From contig OZ024742.1 in the NCBI GenBank assembly GCA_964016885.1, positions 245,396,001 to 245,460,000 on the forward strand: DNA of 64,000 nt, in the 5' to 3' direction. The notes beneath the pieces are model-generated. The model was given only the letters and a program-made list of their open reading frames with translations. It had not been told where the DNA came from and searched no databases. Below are positions 28,283 through 41,700 of this stretch, in pieces (position 1 is the first letter of the stretch; every line of letters begins with the position of its first letter). Origin of the DNA: Eledone cirrhosa. Lineage: Eukaryota. Made by a program: the position numbers and the translations under genes.

Positions 28283-29949
28283 CACCTCCACCATCACCAT
28301 TACAACTACAACTATAACCAACACCTCCACCACCACCACCACCACAACTACCAACAACAACCACCCCCATCACCACTACAACTATCAACAACCACCACCA
28401 CCACCACCACTACAACTACCAACAACCACCACCACCACCACCACCACCACAACTACCAACAACAACCACCACCACCACTACAACTACCAACAACCACCAC
28501 CACCACCACCACCACCACAACTACCAACAACAACCACCACCACCACTACAACTACCAACAACCACCACCACCACCACCACCACCACAACTACCAACAACA
28601 ACCACCACCACTACTACAACTACCAACAACAACCACCACCACCATCCCACCACTACAACTACCAACAACAACCACCACCACCACTACAACTACCAACAAC
28701 AACCACCCCCACCACCACTACAAACAACAACCACCCCCACCACCACTACAACTACCAACAACCACCACCACCACCACCACCACCACAACTACCAACAACA
28801 ACCACCACCACCACTACAACTACCAACAACCACCACCACCACCATCCCACCACTACAACTACTAACAACAACCACCACCACCACCACAACTACCAACAAC
28901 AACCACCACCACCACTACAACTACCAACAACAACCACCACCACCACCACCACTACAACTACCAACAACAACCACCACCACCACCACTACAACTATCAACA
29001 ACCACCACCACCACCACTACAACTACCAACAACAACCACCCCCACCACCACTACAAACAACAACCACCCCCACCACCACTACAACTACCAACAACCACCA
29101 CCACCACCACCACCACCACAACTACCAACAACAACCACCACCACAACTACCAACAACCACCACCACCACCATCCCACCACTACAACTACTAACAACAACC
29201 ACCACCACCACCACAACTACCAACAACAACCACCACCACCACTACAACTACCAACAACAACCACCACCACCACCACCACTACAACTACCAACACCTCCAC
29301 CACCACCACCACCACTACAACTACCAACAACAACCACCACCACCACCACCACCACAACTACCAACAACAACCACCACCACCACCCCACCACTACAACTAC
29401 CAACAACAACCACCACCACCACCACCACCACCACAACTACCAACAACAACCACCACCACCACCACAACTACCAACAACAACCACCACCACCACCACCACA
29501 ACTACCAACAACAACCACCACCACCACTACAACTACCAACAACCACCACCACCCCACCACTACAACTACCAACAACCACCACCACGACTACCACCACCAC
29601 CACCATACCACAACAACAACAACAACAACAACCACCACCACCACTACAACTATCAACAACCACCACCACCACCACCACCACAACAACTACCAACAACAAC
29701 TACCCCCACCACCACTACAACTATCAACAACCACCACCACCACCACCACTACAACTACCAACAACAACCACCCCCACCGCCACTACAACTATCAACAACC
29801 ACCACCACCACCACCACTACAACTACCAACAACAACCACCCCCACCACCACTACAACTATCAACAACCACCACCACCACTACAACTACCAACAACAACCA
29901 CCCCCACCACAACAACAACAACAACAACCACCACCACCACCACCATACC

Positions 29950-29980
<31 letters not shown>

Positions 29981-30087
29981 CCACCACCACCACTACAACT
30001 ATCAACAACCACCACCACCACCACTACAACAACTACCAACAACAACCACCAGCAACTGCTACCAACAACAACCATCAACAACTACCA
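28283..30087. repeat. 1.8-kb compound (CAC/CAA/TAC) trinucleotide array with higher-order duplications
   Basis: Almost G-free on the plus strand; recurrent ccactacaactaccaacaacaaccaccacc. Confidence 0.95.
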
Positions 30088-30372
30088 CGTAACTAGGGTA
30101 TGGAGCCTATGGCACGTGCCAAGGGCTCCACATGAAGGGGGTGCCACTTGGACTAGGAGCACGTTCTATTAAAGTCAAATAAGCCTCGCTGGAGAGTGAA
30201 AAAAGAAACTCCTTCAGATGTATTATCTGTCTCTTAGGGTGAGAACACTATGGTGGCTGGATCATTAAACTATTTATATAAATTATTAGGCCCATAGGTA
30301 AAAATACAGTGCTGGGCAGGGGCGCAATTTCACTGCTTGCCATAAGTGCTATTTTCCCTAGTTAAGCCTCTG
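30088..30372. mobile_element. hAT (Tip100-like) MITE
   Basis: cgtaactaggg...ccctagttaagcctctg inverted ends; the left end is partly lost in the microsatellite. Confidence 0.5.
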
Positions 30373-30784
30373 CTACTACAACAACAACAACCACCACTAA
30401 CCACTACCAGTTATTTACTCACCTCTACTATACATGTTCCTAATGAAATTACTCAAGAAACAAACAAACTACAACAACAACTACTAAAACAACATTCACC
30501 TCGACACTGTATTTTCTGCCTTTTATCATTACTGATTCTTCTCCTTAAGAAGACAGAACAATTGCACAAATCTTCCAGCAGATCAACAGCAGATTGCACA
30601 ATATTTGGCAATGTTAAATGCAGTGCAATGATTGCAATGCCCCTCTCTCTCTCTCAATCAATCAATCAATCAATCATATAACAGTATTATACTGTATTGT
30701 ACAAGTTAAACAATATCACAGTGACAATTCTGTCAGTTGACAGACTTAAGTGATGCTGAACTTAAATTGTGTAAATATAAATAA

Positions 30785-30976
30785 TAATTGTTTCTACTTT
30801 TGGCACAAGGCCAGCAATTGCCCAGTGTATTACTGGTATTTTATTTTATCGACCCCGTAAGGATGAAAGGCAAAGTTAACCTCGGCGCGATTTGAACTCA
30901 GAATGGCAAGGGCTGTAACTCTATGCGTCAAAGCATGGCGTCCGACCCTCTACCGATACTGCCAATCCACCGCCCT
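30785..30976 (-). mobile_element. SINE family A
   Basis: Full copy. Confidence 0.85.
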
Positions 30977-31623
30977 TAAAATATAAATAATAATAAAATA
31001 AAATAATAATTATTATTATTTCTAATTAAGGCACAAGGCCAGCAATTTTGGCCAAAAAGTTATGTTGGTACCACAAAACACCCAGCCCACACTGTAAAGA
31101 GATTGTGTAGGTGCCACGACAAAGCACCCAGCACAGACTGTAAATGCGGTTGGTGTATGTATGTACATATGTATGTACATATATGTATGTGAGTGTGCAT
31201 GTATGCACATATCTATGTGTGTATATATGTATGTGTGCATATGTCTGTATGCATGTATGTGTGTATATGTATAAGTGTGTGTATGTGTGTGTGTGTATGT
31301 ATATATGTATTGAGTGGCCAACACACAAACCAGCTGTTGGATTGTGACAAGCAACAGAATGTCAGAATTGGTATTTCAGGAATTTAATTTTCTTTTCTTC
31401 AAAGGACCACAGGAGAATATTTAGAATACTTTAGCTAGGAAACGAAAAACAAAACCTCATTACAGCTTTAAGACAGTTTTGGCATTTTTGCATGGGTTGG
31501 ACAGGTCTGCAATATGACAAATTGACACTTGTCTCAAGTATGTGTATGTATGGAAAAGCTGCTATTGAATATAACAATTATATATATATATATACATTTT
31601 CCTATATATATATATATATATAT

Positions 31624-31860
31624 ATAGGAAAATGTATGACCCCGACGGCAGAGCTCAAGCCGTTTCGACAGAGTTGTGGTAAGGAACCAGATGGACCATA
31701 ACGCACCAGAGTACTCAATACTTAGGGTAGTAGAGTGGGTAATAGAAAAATGTATGACCCCGACAGCAGAGCTCAAGCCGTTTCGACGGGTATTTCTGCG
31801 TCCAGAAATAGCCGTCGAAACGGCTTGAGCTCTGCCGTCGGGGTCATACATTTTCCTATA
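31624..31860. mobile_element. Fold-back mini-element with direct and inverted terminal copies (family also at 33717-33820, 45930-46119, 55070-55145)
   Basis: ataggaaaatgtatgaccccgacggcagagctcaagccgtttcgac occurs twice direct and once inverted. Shared body gaccat...agagtactc(a/g)atactt(a/g)gggtagtagagtgggtaatag. All copies lie in or beside (TA)n. Confidence 0.7.
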
Positions 31861-31914
31861 TATATATAGTTTTGCGAGGTTTTTGATATGAAATCGTGTG
31901 TCGAAACAAATATT

Positions 31915-33285
31915 GTTATACTTGGGGAGGGTCATATTTGTGTAATATTGCTAGAATTAATAACAGAACACACTCACTGTTTGGTTGGTTTTCGCTTTTC
32001 GCTTCTGTGTCTTTTATATCGGTTAATTTAATTTATTCGGTCCTCAATGTTGCCATTGACTGACCAACGGTCAAAAATACAAATACAATATAGACACAAA
32101 CACATATATATAGTCTATCAAAGTTCTTTTGTTGCACATCTGCAACATCGTCAGTGGTGCTATTGTTTCCTCCCGTTGCATTGTATGTTTACGCCATCTT
32201 TATTTAGTCTGTTTATATATTTATTTATTTGTTTATTTTTTGTCTTCTTTGCGCATGCGTTTGCGTGTGTGTATAGTGTTTTGTTTGATGTGTGTTCGTG
32301 TTTGGGTGACTGTGTATTGGTTAATGTATTCTATCTTTACTAGTGTGTGTTTATATGTGTTTGTTGTTATTGTGCTTGTGTATGTATTTATTTATTTATC
32401 TATTTATTTATTTATTTATACTTCTCTTAGGTCAGTATTGTTTGTTTGGGTGTTGTTATTCCATTCATTTTTTTCTCTTTGGCCTTGGCCTTCTAAGTTC
32501 TATTTCACTGGCCTCTCTGATTTGTCTATCTGCTGGGTCATTTCTATGTTTAGATATTATTTTAATTTCTATGTTGTCTATGTTACCATCGTGTTGTTGT
32601 CTGGCATACTATATGAATATGCCAGACAACAACACGATGGTAACATAGACAACATAGAAATTACCCAGCAGATAGACAAATCAGAGAGGCCAGTGAAATA
32701 GAACTTAGAAGGCCAAGGCCAAAGAGAAAAAAATGAATGGAATAACAACAACACCCAAACAAACAACACTGACCTAAGAGAAGTATAAATAAATAAATAA
32801 ATAGATAAATAAATAAATACATACACAAGCACAATAACAACAAACACATATAAACACACACTAGTAAAGATAGAATACATTAACCAATACACAGTCACCC
32901 AAACACGAACACACATCAAACAAAACACTATACACACATGCAAACGCATGCGCAAAGAAAACAAAAAAATAAACAAATAAATAAATATATAAACAGGCTA
33001 AATAAAGATGGCGTAGACATACAATGCAACAGGAGGAAACAATAGCACCACTGACGATGTTGCAGATGTGCAACGAAAGAACTTTGATAGATTATATATA
33101 TGTGTTTGTGTCTATATTGTATCTGTATTTTTGACCGTTGGTCAGTCAATGTCAACATTGAGGACCGAAAAATTAAATTAACCGATATAAAAGACACAGA
33201 AGCGAAAAGCGAAAACCAACCAAACAGTGAGTGTGTTCTGTTATTAATTCTAGCATTACACAAATATGACCCTCCCAAGTATAAC
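31915..33285. repeat. ~1.37-kb near-perfect palindrome (arms ~680 bp), probably an inverted duplication of a Penelope-like element 3' end
   Basis: gttatacttggg...tctggcata / tatgccaga...cccaagtataac, centre ~32612, spacer ~10 nt, one ~25-nt indel. Mirror ORFs appear in the track. EYARQQHDGNIDNIEITQQIDK weakly recalls a GIY-YIG C-terminal tail. Confidence 0.9.
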
Positions 33286-33663
33286 TATATATATATATAT
33301 GTAAAAGGATAAAGATCCCATAACTCCTTGTGGAGTCGTAGGGGCACAGTCATACGGTGTGTCTAGGGCACTTTTAAACCTGGCGGAGCCCAACTCTCTC
33401 CAGGTCTGAACACAGCTGATTTTTGGACTGGTACTTTTTTTACCGACCTCAAAAAGATGAAAGACAAAGTTGAACATGGCAGGATTTGAACTCAGAGTGC
33501 ACAATGAGGTGGGACGAATACCATAAAGCATTCTATCTAATGTCTTAATGACTCTGCCAATTCGCCTTCATCATCATCATCATCGTTTAACGTCCATCTT
33601 CCACGCTAGGATGGGTTAGACGGTTTTGTTTCATTTGATGCGATATATATATATATATTAATA

Positions 33664-33712
<49 letters not shown>

Positions 33713-33844
33713 CAAAGGAAATGTGGTAAGGAACCAGGTGGACCATAATGCACCAAAGTACTCAATACTTAGGGTAGTAGAGTGGGTAATAGGAACGAGT
33801 AGGACCCCGACGGCTGAGCTATATATATATATATATATATATAT

Positions 33845-34535
33845 CATCATCATCATCAACGTTTAACGTCCATGTTCCACGCTTGCATGGGTTTGGACGG
33901 GGGTATTCCCACTTGAGGCAGGAGTGATTGTCTTGCTCGTATAGGACTGTCTGGCAGGTTTTCTACAGTTGGATGCCCTTCCTAACACCAACCACATTTA
34001 CACTGTGGGTCTGGGAGGTTTTTACCGTGTTGCCTACATGGCCACATTACAGCGTGGACTGTGTGTTTTTTTGTCGTGACACCTACACGATCTCATTTGT
34101 TTCGGCCTGGATGGCGTGGCACCAACATAACTTTACATAGAAGGGGGTGGTGTGGATGGGGTGGGGGTGGTGGGACGGGGTGTATTTTGTTAGAGATGCC
34201 TACTGGCTGTAGTAGGTTTTACTATGTATTTAGGTAAGGCAGGTCTTCTCTGTTACTGAGTACCGCCAAAGGTCTCGGTCCAGTGACATTGTCTTGGAGA
34301 GGTGTAAGTGTGTGAGGTCGGAGTTTATCAGCTCGTCCCAGGTTTTTCTAGGTCTGCCTATTCCGTGGCTACCGTCTATCTTTATTGCCCTGCACTTTGT
34401 TATACAGCTATCGACTTTCATGCGCATCACGTGTCCATACCAACGTAGCCTTCTCTCGAGTAAACAACATCTGATCCCTCTTATTTCTAATTTTTTCCTT
34501 AGTTCGTTTATGCTTTGCCGTTCACGTATATTACT
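33845..34535 (-). mobile_element. RTE LINE 3' fragment, near-identical to 62930-63655
   Basis: ORF 34230..34430 matches 63044..63244 almost exactly; same tail. Confidence 0.9.
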
Positions 34536-34594
34536 GTATATATATCAATTATATATATTAAAAATATGATAACAATGATCAGTTCTTTATAGGT

Positions 34595-34629
34595 CCTTAT
34601 ATTTCGGGATAAAATCCCTTCATCAAAAG
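34595..34629 (-). ncRNA. Decayed hammerhead motif
   Basis: Minus strand reads TTGATGA-a-gggat ttt atccc-GAAA-taTA-agg; C3 is mutated and stem I is weak. Confidence 0.4.
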
Positions 34630-35331
34630 CAATACAATGTACTGGCTACATAAACTTCTCTGGTAACTCTAACACAGTAAGGTAACCAGTCATGGTGGTA
34701 TTTCCATGCATTACCTTCAAACAATGTACTCCTCAGCTAACTCCTACCTTCACCCAACTCTTCCATCTATATACAATAAACTTGTGTATCAAATGGAAAT
34801 ACCTTGTAGTTCTTGTTTCGCCAGAGTTCCAGAGATACTTCCTTATTTTAATCACATTCAAAAATATTGTAACCAATTACACTTCTGTTCACAAAACACA
34901 TTATAATACAACAAACAATTAATCCTAGTGCATGCCACTATTGCATTTATTTACATTGTATGGACTAGAATGCAGAATATAGAGGGAGACTACTAGATGC
35001 CGCTGAGGTAGTTTTTTCTATATATATATTGATAATTCTTTATAGCAATTTGGGAGGTGGGCAAAATAAATTATATTGACTCCCAGTGGCATTTGAACTC
35101 AGAATATAGAAATTAAATACCACAAAGCATTTTGTCCTACTGATACTGTCAACCCATCACCCTTATATGTATTAATGATGGTTCCTGAATTAAGCACAAG
35201 GCCAACAATTTTGGCAGAGGGGAAAGTCAATTAAATCGACCCCATTAACTAGTACTTTATTTTATCAACCCAATAGGGACCCTATATATATTAATGATAA
35301 AATTTGGATGAAGACAGAAAATGTGTCTTAC

Positions 35332-36606
35332 CTTACGGAGAAATGTCCATGAAGTGCTTTTGGGTGGTATATCCGGTTTAGAGAATTTTTTTTTACTTGG
35401 TTTCTTTGTTGGGTAGTTCTGTATTGGTACAATTGTATCCAAAGGTTTGTTTTCTTCTTTTCGCAATATTTCTGGTAAATCAATAATATTGGAATTTGGG
35501 GAGATTTTTTTGGTCGTGGAATTTGCATAGTCATGATTCCAATTTTGTGTTGATTCCTCACTAACTTGTACAGTGCTACTTGAGTCAGGCATTTCAGACC
35601 ATTCCAGAAGAGATGATGTGCAATTAAACAAATCATCTTCACTTTCAGTCCGTCCTATCTTCTGGTCCTTTGAAAGATATGCTGCTGATGTTTTTTGTGG
35701 TGGCAACACTGAAGAGCAAACTCCTTTTACTCTGTAAGGATCAAAGTCATCTAAATTTAGGTATTCTCTATCAGAAAGGTCTATTAGATTTACAGAATTA
35801 TGAGAAATTCCTTCTCTATGAGAGTATTCAACACCAAAAGTGTCAGTGATTGGTGTTGTTGTTGCTGAGGCACTAGTTGTTATCGATAGAGTTTTAGGGT
35901 GAGAATCAATATCATCTAAGTCATTCAAGCTGGCTGGACGATGCATGTTAGACACACTAGATTTTTTTTCTTTTAATGAACCTGAAGAACCTTCTGGCCA
36001 TTGCAAAGGTGGTGATACTAGCATTTGATGAGAAGTTACAATGGCAGGAGAAGGGTACTGAAATGGTGCTAAAGGGTGTACATTTTGGTAACTATCAGGA
36101 GAAAATGGACATGGGGGTTTCTGTGGTTGTGCTGATGGTGGTAATGGTTGCTGTTCATGTGATTGAGAGAGTGAGGGTTGTGTTAATGGCACAACTTGGT
36201 CAATATAAGCATCATTTGTATAACTTGTAAAGTGGCTAAAACCAATTGGCTGAGGAGAAAAATTATTTAAATAGATATTTGGCCTCAGTTCATAAAACAA
36301 ATCACTAATATCTGGGTAGGCTTTACTAGTTGCACTTAAATCTTCCATGGAATTACTTAATCCTTTTTTCAGTGTATTTGATCCCAAATTGGAGTTACTT
36401 AAGTCAAGACCTTCTAAATCTGAACTAAATTTATTGCTGGACTGAAAATCATCAAATGTTATCAATGTGGGTGACCTCTCATTCAGAGCTTTCATATCAG
36501 ATTCTATACTATCCTTCTGATTTGGCACAAAAACCTTTCGTTGTTTACGATCTCTTACTCTGGATGGAGCTGAAGGAGGTGGGTCAATAGTGTAAGAAGC
36601 CATCAT
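35332..36606 (-). CDS. PIK3C2A: First coding exon (425 codons, ends phase 0) of a large multi-exon gene; disordered S/P-rich N-terminus, tentatively class II phosphatidylinositol 3-kinase (PI3K-C2-like)
   Basis: Only long complex ORF in the window (449 aa). Acceptor ttttttgttttcttattttcAG (AG at 36774-36773) is followed by ~166 nt of 5'UTR and ATG at 36606. Consensus donor AAG|GTAAGA at 35332/35331 follows ...SWTFLRK. Motifs LITFD, NLIDLS, LDDFDPY and PDIPPK (clathrin-box/FDP/PxxP-like) and the large first coding exon recall class II PI3K N-termini. Exon status is well supported; gene identity is only about 50% because no catalytic domain is in the window. Confidence 0.7.
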
Positions 36607-36772
36607 GCAGAACTATTTATGAGAAATATTTATGGTTTAAAATGCAGATAAACTACATATATTTATTCAATAAATTAAAAGAAATTTTCAAAGACGTTTA
36701 AAAGAATCTAGAAATTCAACTTTAATTCCTTTTGGTAAACACATTCCTTAAAAGAAGATGTGCGATAGTTAT
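36607..36772 (-). other. 5'UTR portion of the coding exon
   Basis: Lies between the polypyrimidine/AG acceptor at 36773-36774 and the ATG at 36606. Confidence 0.6.
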
Positions 36773-37169
36773 CTGAAAATAAGAAAACAAAAAATGAATT
36801 GATATTTTTCAAGAAAATAAGAACTTTTTTAGTAACTGAAATAAATTTGTATATTAAAAAAATACTGATAATTTTTGTTTTTCTTCCACTGACTCTCTGA
36901 GGAAACAATGATCAACCTAGTATTGGTGCCACAATAAAATATAAGCAGCACACTCTGTAAATGGTAATACCAGTGCCATGATAAAATGCACCAATCCATG
37001 CTCTGAAGTGGTAGTGCTGGCACCACAATAAAATGAACCCAATACACTCTGTAAAGTGGTAGTGCTGGTACCAAGACCACACCATTTAATAATGAAGATG
37101 ATGGTGACTATAATGAAAATGATAATGATAGCAATGATGTTAAGGTTAACTACTATGATAATGATAATG

Positions 37170-37690
37170 ATCATCATCACCATTTTACGCTCATTTTCCA
37201 CACTAGCATGGGTTAGACAGGTTGTCCTGTTGTGGGTAATGCTAGGTCAGTTGACCATGTCTTGCTCATACAGAACTGATTTTGGTTCGGTTTCTACAGC
37301 TGGATGCCCTTCCTAACACCAAACTCATTTACAGTGAGTACAGGGTGCTTTTTGTCGTGACACCTACACAACCACTTTACAGTGTGGACTGGATGCTTTT
37401 TATCATGACACCTACACAACCACTTTACAGTGTGGACTGGATGCTTTTTATCATGACACCTACACAACCACTTTACAGTGTGGACTGGATGCTTTTTATC
37501 ATGACACCTACACAACCATTTTACAGTGTGTGTTGGGTGCTTTTTGTCATGACACCTACACAACCACTTTACAGTGTGGACTGGATGCTTTTTGTCATGA
37601 CACCTACACAACCACTTTACAGTGTGGACTGGATGCTTTTTATCATGACACCTACACAACCACTTTACAGTGTGGGCTCGGTGCTGTTTA
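37170..37690 (-). repeat. SINE/RTE tail with internal 48-bp minisatellite (~7.5 copies, 37328-37690)
   Basis: Unit tttacagtgtggactggatgctttttatcatgacacctacacaaccac; 16-aa periodicity in the ORF track. Confidence 0.9.
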
Positions 37691-38757
37691 CTGTTAATGT
37701 TAATTACTATGATGTTGAGAATGATAACTATAAACAATAAAATGCACCCATTCTGGAGTGGTTATCAATGGGAGGACATCCAGCAGTAAAAAACACATGC
37801 CAAAAGGGAACATTCTTTTAATAACTATACTCAAGTTAGTCAATTAAATCAATGCTAATATTTCACCAGTACTTATTTCAAGACAACATTGGTGATACCT
37901 GAACGTAGAACCTAAAGAAACAAATACTAGAGACATTGTGTCGATGATGACAATAATGTTGAGGGTATTTCTTATGGAGATGATGATGATCATCCTCATC
38001 ATCATCATCGTTTAACGTCCATCTTCTACGCTAGCATGGGTTAGACATGAAGATAATGATATTGATGATGGTCACTGATAATTATAGTGAAAATGATGAT
38101 GGTAATGATGTCGATGATCACTATGATGATGATTATGGTGGGGATGGTGAGTATAATAGCAGTAACAGTAATAATGAAGAGGAGGGTGCTGGTGACAGTT
38201 GTGGTGGGAGGGAGGGGGGGGGTGACAATGATTATGATGATGATGATGATGATATATAAATAGAGTAAAATTCATAGTGATACTGTTAGAGAACAAACGG
38301 TATGTAGCAGAGCTGATAGCAAGTAAACAATAGAGAAATCACATGAGAGAATAAGACATAAATCTTCTTTTGAAAACAAGTGTGTTACTTAAAAGAGAGC
38401 AATTTCAGTAGGTTAGCCAGACAGTTTCATTGCAAACCTATTATAGTCTCAAACAAAAGACAATTGTTTTCATTCACTCTTCATATCCTGTAATGATTTA
38501 GTAGAAAATATCTACAAACTGTTTTGTTAATTCAAATGTTTGTAGTATCTTTACTAGTGGACAGATCTTTGGAAAAATTTGCAGTACTAGAATTTTTTTC
38601 CACATGTTGACGTGTATGTGTATATGTGTGTGCATGTGCATATGCATACATGTGTGCATGTGCATATGCATTTATATGTATGAGTATATAAAGTGCAAAC
38701 ACAGGCGCACATACAAAAATACACTCACAGACATACATTCACACAAACATACGCATA

Positions 38758-38793
<36 letters not shown>

Positions 38794-41700
38794 TACACTC
38801 ACACTCAGTGTAGTTTTTCACCATCCCCATCCTTGTACACACACATACATTCACGCAGGCAGCAGACATAAAGAGAGAGGAGTAGTATGAGGTAGTCAAA
38901 CTACTCCTCTCTCTTGACGTGTTGTGACAGAACTGCAGAAATTTATATATAGATTAAGGCACAGATTTTAATTTTAATGTGATGCAGTCATTGTGCTGTT
39001 TTGTGTTTTTCAAGAATGTCTCACTAATGTGGTTTCATGTGGTTTATTAATTCAACTGTTTATAGTATCTTTACTAATGTACAGATTTAAAAAAATAATT
39101 TGCAGTAAACTAAGATAAAGATAATACGAACATTTGAATTAACAAACCTGTTTTTAGATAATTTTAATTAATTCCTAACAGGATGTTAAGAGATAATATT
39201 GTAAACTTTTACAACAATCTGTCCACTAATAAAGGTATTATAAACATTTTAATTAACAAATCTGTTTCTTTTAATTTTCTGCTAAAGCATTACAAGTTAC
39301 AATTGACCAAGACTAGAGAGGGGATTAGGCACTGTTTATATTTTTTCCCCCTGAAGTATTATTCTTCAACTGAATAAAACATATTTTAAATTTCTTTCTG
39401 TATTCTATTTATGAAACAGAAGGATTGTATTACTTCCTGGAGTATCTGTGTGGTTGACACTAACTTCATATAAAGAATTTGCAATATTAAATAAATAGAA
39501 AAAAATAATGAATCAGTAAGTTATTTAAGTAATTTTAAAATCTTTACTTAAAGGATTTCCATATTAGAATTTTATAGAGGAATTTGACATGATGTATTAC
39601 AAAGTTCAACAACAACAAAAAAAAGTCTCCTTGATATTTCTAGTGTAGTTATAGAATAGCAGTAAAGTCACATGGCTTTGTGGTTAGGGTATTTGGCTTA
39701 CAATTGTAAGATCATGAGTTCGATTCCTGGCAATGTGTTGTGTCTTTGAGCAAGACACTTTTGTTCATGTTGCTCCAGTCCACTCGGCTGGTAAAAATGG
39801 GATATACCTGTAATTTAAAGGGCTAACCTTATCAGATTCTGTGTCACACAGAATCTCCCTGAGAATTATGTTAAGTGTATGCATGTCTCTGGAATGCTCA
39901 GTCACTTGCATGTTAATTTCATGAGTAGGCTGTTCTGTTGATCATATCAACTGGAGCACTTATCTTAACTGATGAAGTGCCAATTAAAGATTAGCAACAC
40001 CAGTTCCTACTCCATGAAATACCTCAGTTCATAGCTCTATCTGATAATCATGGCAACAAACCTGCAGAGTCATTAAACTGTTGATATTTGTTCTGGCTAT
40101 CTGCTCCCAGAGTTCAAATCTCACCCAACTTTGCTTTTCATCTTTTTGGAGTCAATAAAGTACAACCCCAGGGCAAGTGGATTTATTAAAGAGTTGAACA
40201 GGATGTTTTCAGGCATTTGATCTGGTTCTATGCATTCTAAGTTGAAAGAGTTCAAATCCTGCCTCCTTCTGCCAGGAGTTGCCAGTGACAGGTAGTATCA
40301 GCAATGAAAACACAATTTCCTTGATCCGATCTCATGGTTGGCATCTTTCTCACTGTGAAATTAGACTCAATTAGAGCAAAGTTTTGTTGGTTTTAAGTTT
40401 GAAAACATAGATTAGTGTTAACATATCATACAAGGAGGAATAATTATGTGGGAAGAAAATAAAACAATAATACTCAATGACTAATTTATTATTTCAACAA
40501 ATATCGGAGACAAATCTAGTCTTATTATGACCTCATCAGTGAAGCATAGGCTTCACTGTGTTTGCCAAAATAGTGTCGGGAAATCACAAAGTAAATGTAC
40601 ATGATTGTACACTGACTAGTGTAGAAAAATATTGGTTAGAGTATAAACAGCTCAGAGATGCCTTTCACAAAGAATATCATGCTATATAGAGAGAGTACTG
40701 TACAATTTATTACACTATTTCCTAATATAATATACACTAATTGATTCACCTTATGTTGTGAGACATCATTTTGAAACTACAGTGAAATTGTTGTTCCCTT
40801 CAGCAGTAACAAGCATCACTGATGCAACATAGAAACATTTTAGTATTCACATTCTCAATACTGGAATCACTATTTAAGTATCTTGATGTGTTTTGATTGT
40901 TAATATCCTGCAATGATTTAGCATAAAATATTTAAAAATTGTGTTCATTAATATTGTACTTTTCAAGAATGTTTTGCTAATGTGGTTACAATTGATTTGT
41001 TTATTTCAAATATTTATAGCATATTTACTAGTGGACAGAATGTTTTGAAAATTTGCAATACTAGAATTTTTTTGAACACACTGACGCAAATGTGTGTATG
41101 TGCATATGCGTACATTTATATGTATGAGTATATAAATATAAGCACGCAAACATAGGCATACTTACAAAAATACACACTCAGAGACATATTCACACAAATA
41201 CACATACATTCACACAAACACACATACATTTACACAAACATGCACATATACATACACTCACACATAGCATAGGAAATGGAACGCCAGACTCTGTTTTGCT
41301 ATAGCTTTTTCATCATCCCCGGAAGTCGCTCAAATTTATATATAGATTAGAGCAAAGGCTTTAATTGTAGTATGTTACTTTAATATTTAATACGATGCAA
41401 GCATAGTGTTGTTTTGTCATTTTCAAGAATTTCTTGCTAATGTGGTTTCATGTGGTTCAGGAAGTTAAGGGTTAAACCAAAGCTACTCACTCTAATACTC
41501 CTCTTCACACATTCTCTCACATTGATGAACTATACTAATATATTATTAACAAGCAATTGACAAGATTACAGATGTGGAGAATGATATTGTATATTGTACA
41601 TGACAAGAGTAGACTTTATTTAATCCTTTTGATACCAACACATTTGAAACTGCCTCTAGTTTTATTCTGTTTATGTTTAAATTTAAACCGTCCCTTACAA

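Noticed and set aside
28265-30172. 635-aa ORF of poly-H/P/T/Q/N
   Set aside because: It cycles through all frames of a CAC/CAA repeat that rarely forms stop codons; microsatellite artefact with no splice context.
32047-33278. Hydrophobic 100-190 aa ORFs on both strands
   Set aside because: Mirror products of the palindrome and of T/G-rich simple sequence.
35257-35331. C-terminal 24 aa of the 449-aa ORF
   Set aside because: Read-through past a consensus donor into intron and SINE relic.
37328-37690. Regular repeat array resembling CRISPR
   Set aside because: Head-to-tail 48-bp units without unique spacers, eukaryotic context, no cas genes.
40500-40560. Minus-strand CTGATGA-ggtc..gac motif
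   Set aside because: GAAA is absent and stem I does not pair; too decayed to call.
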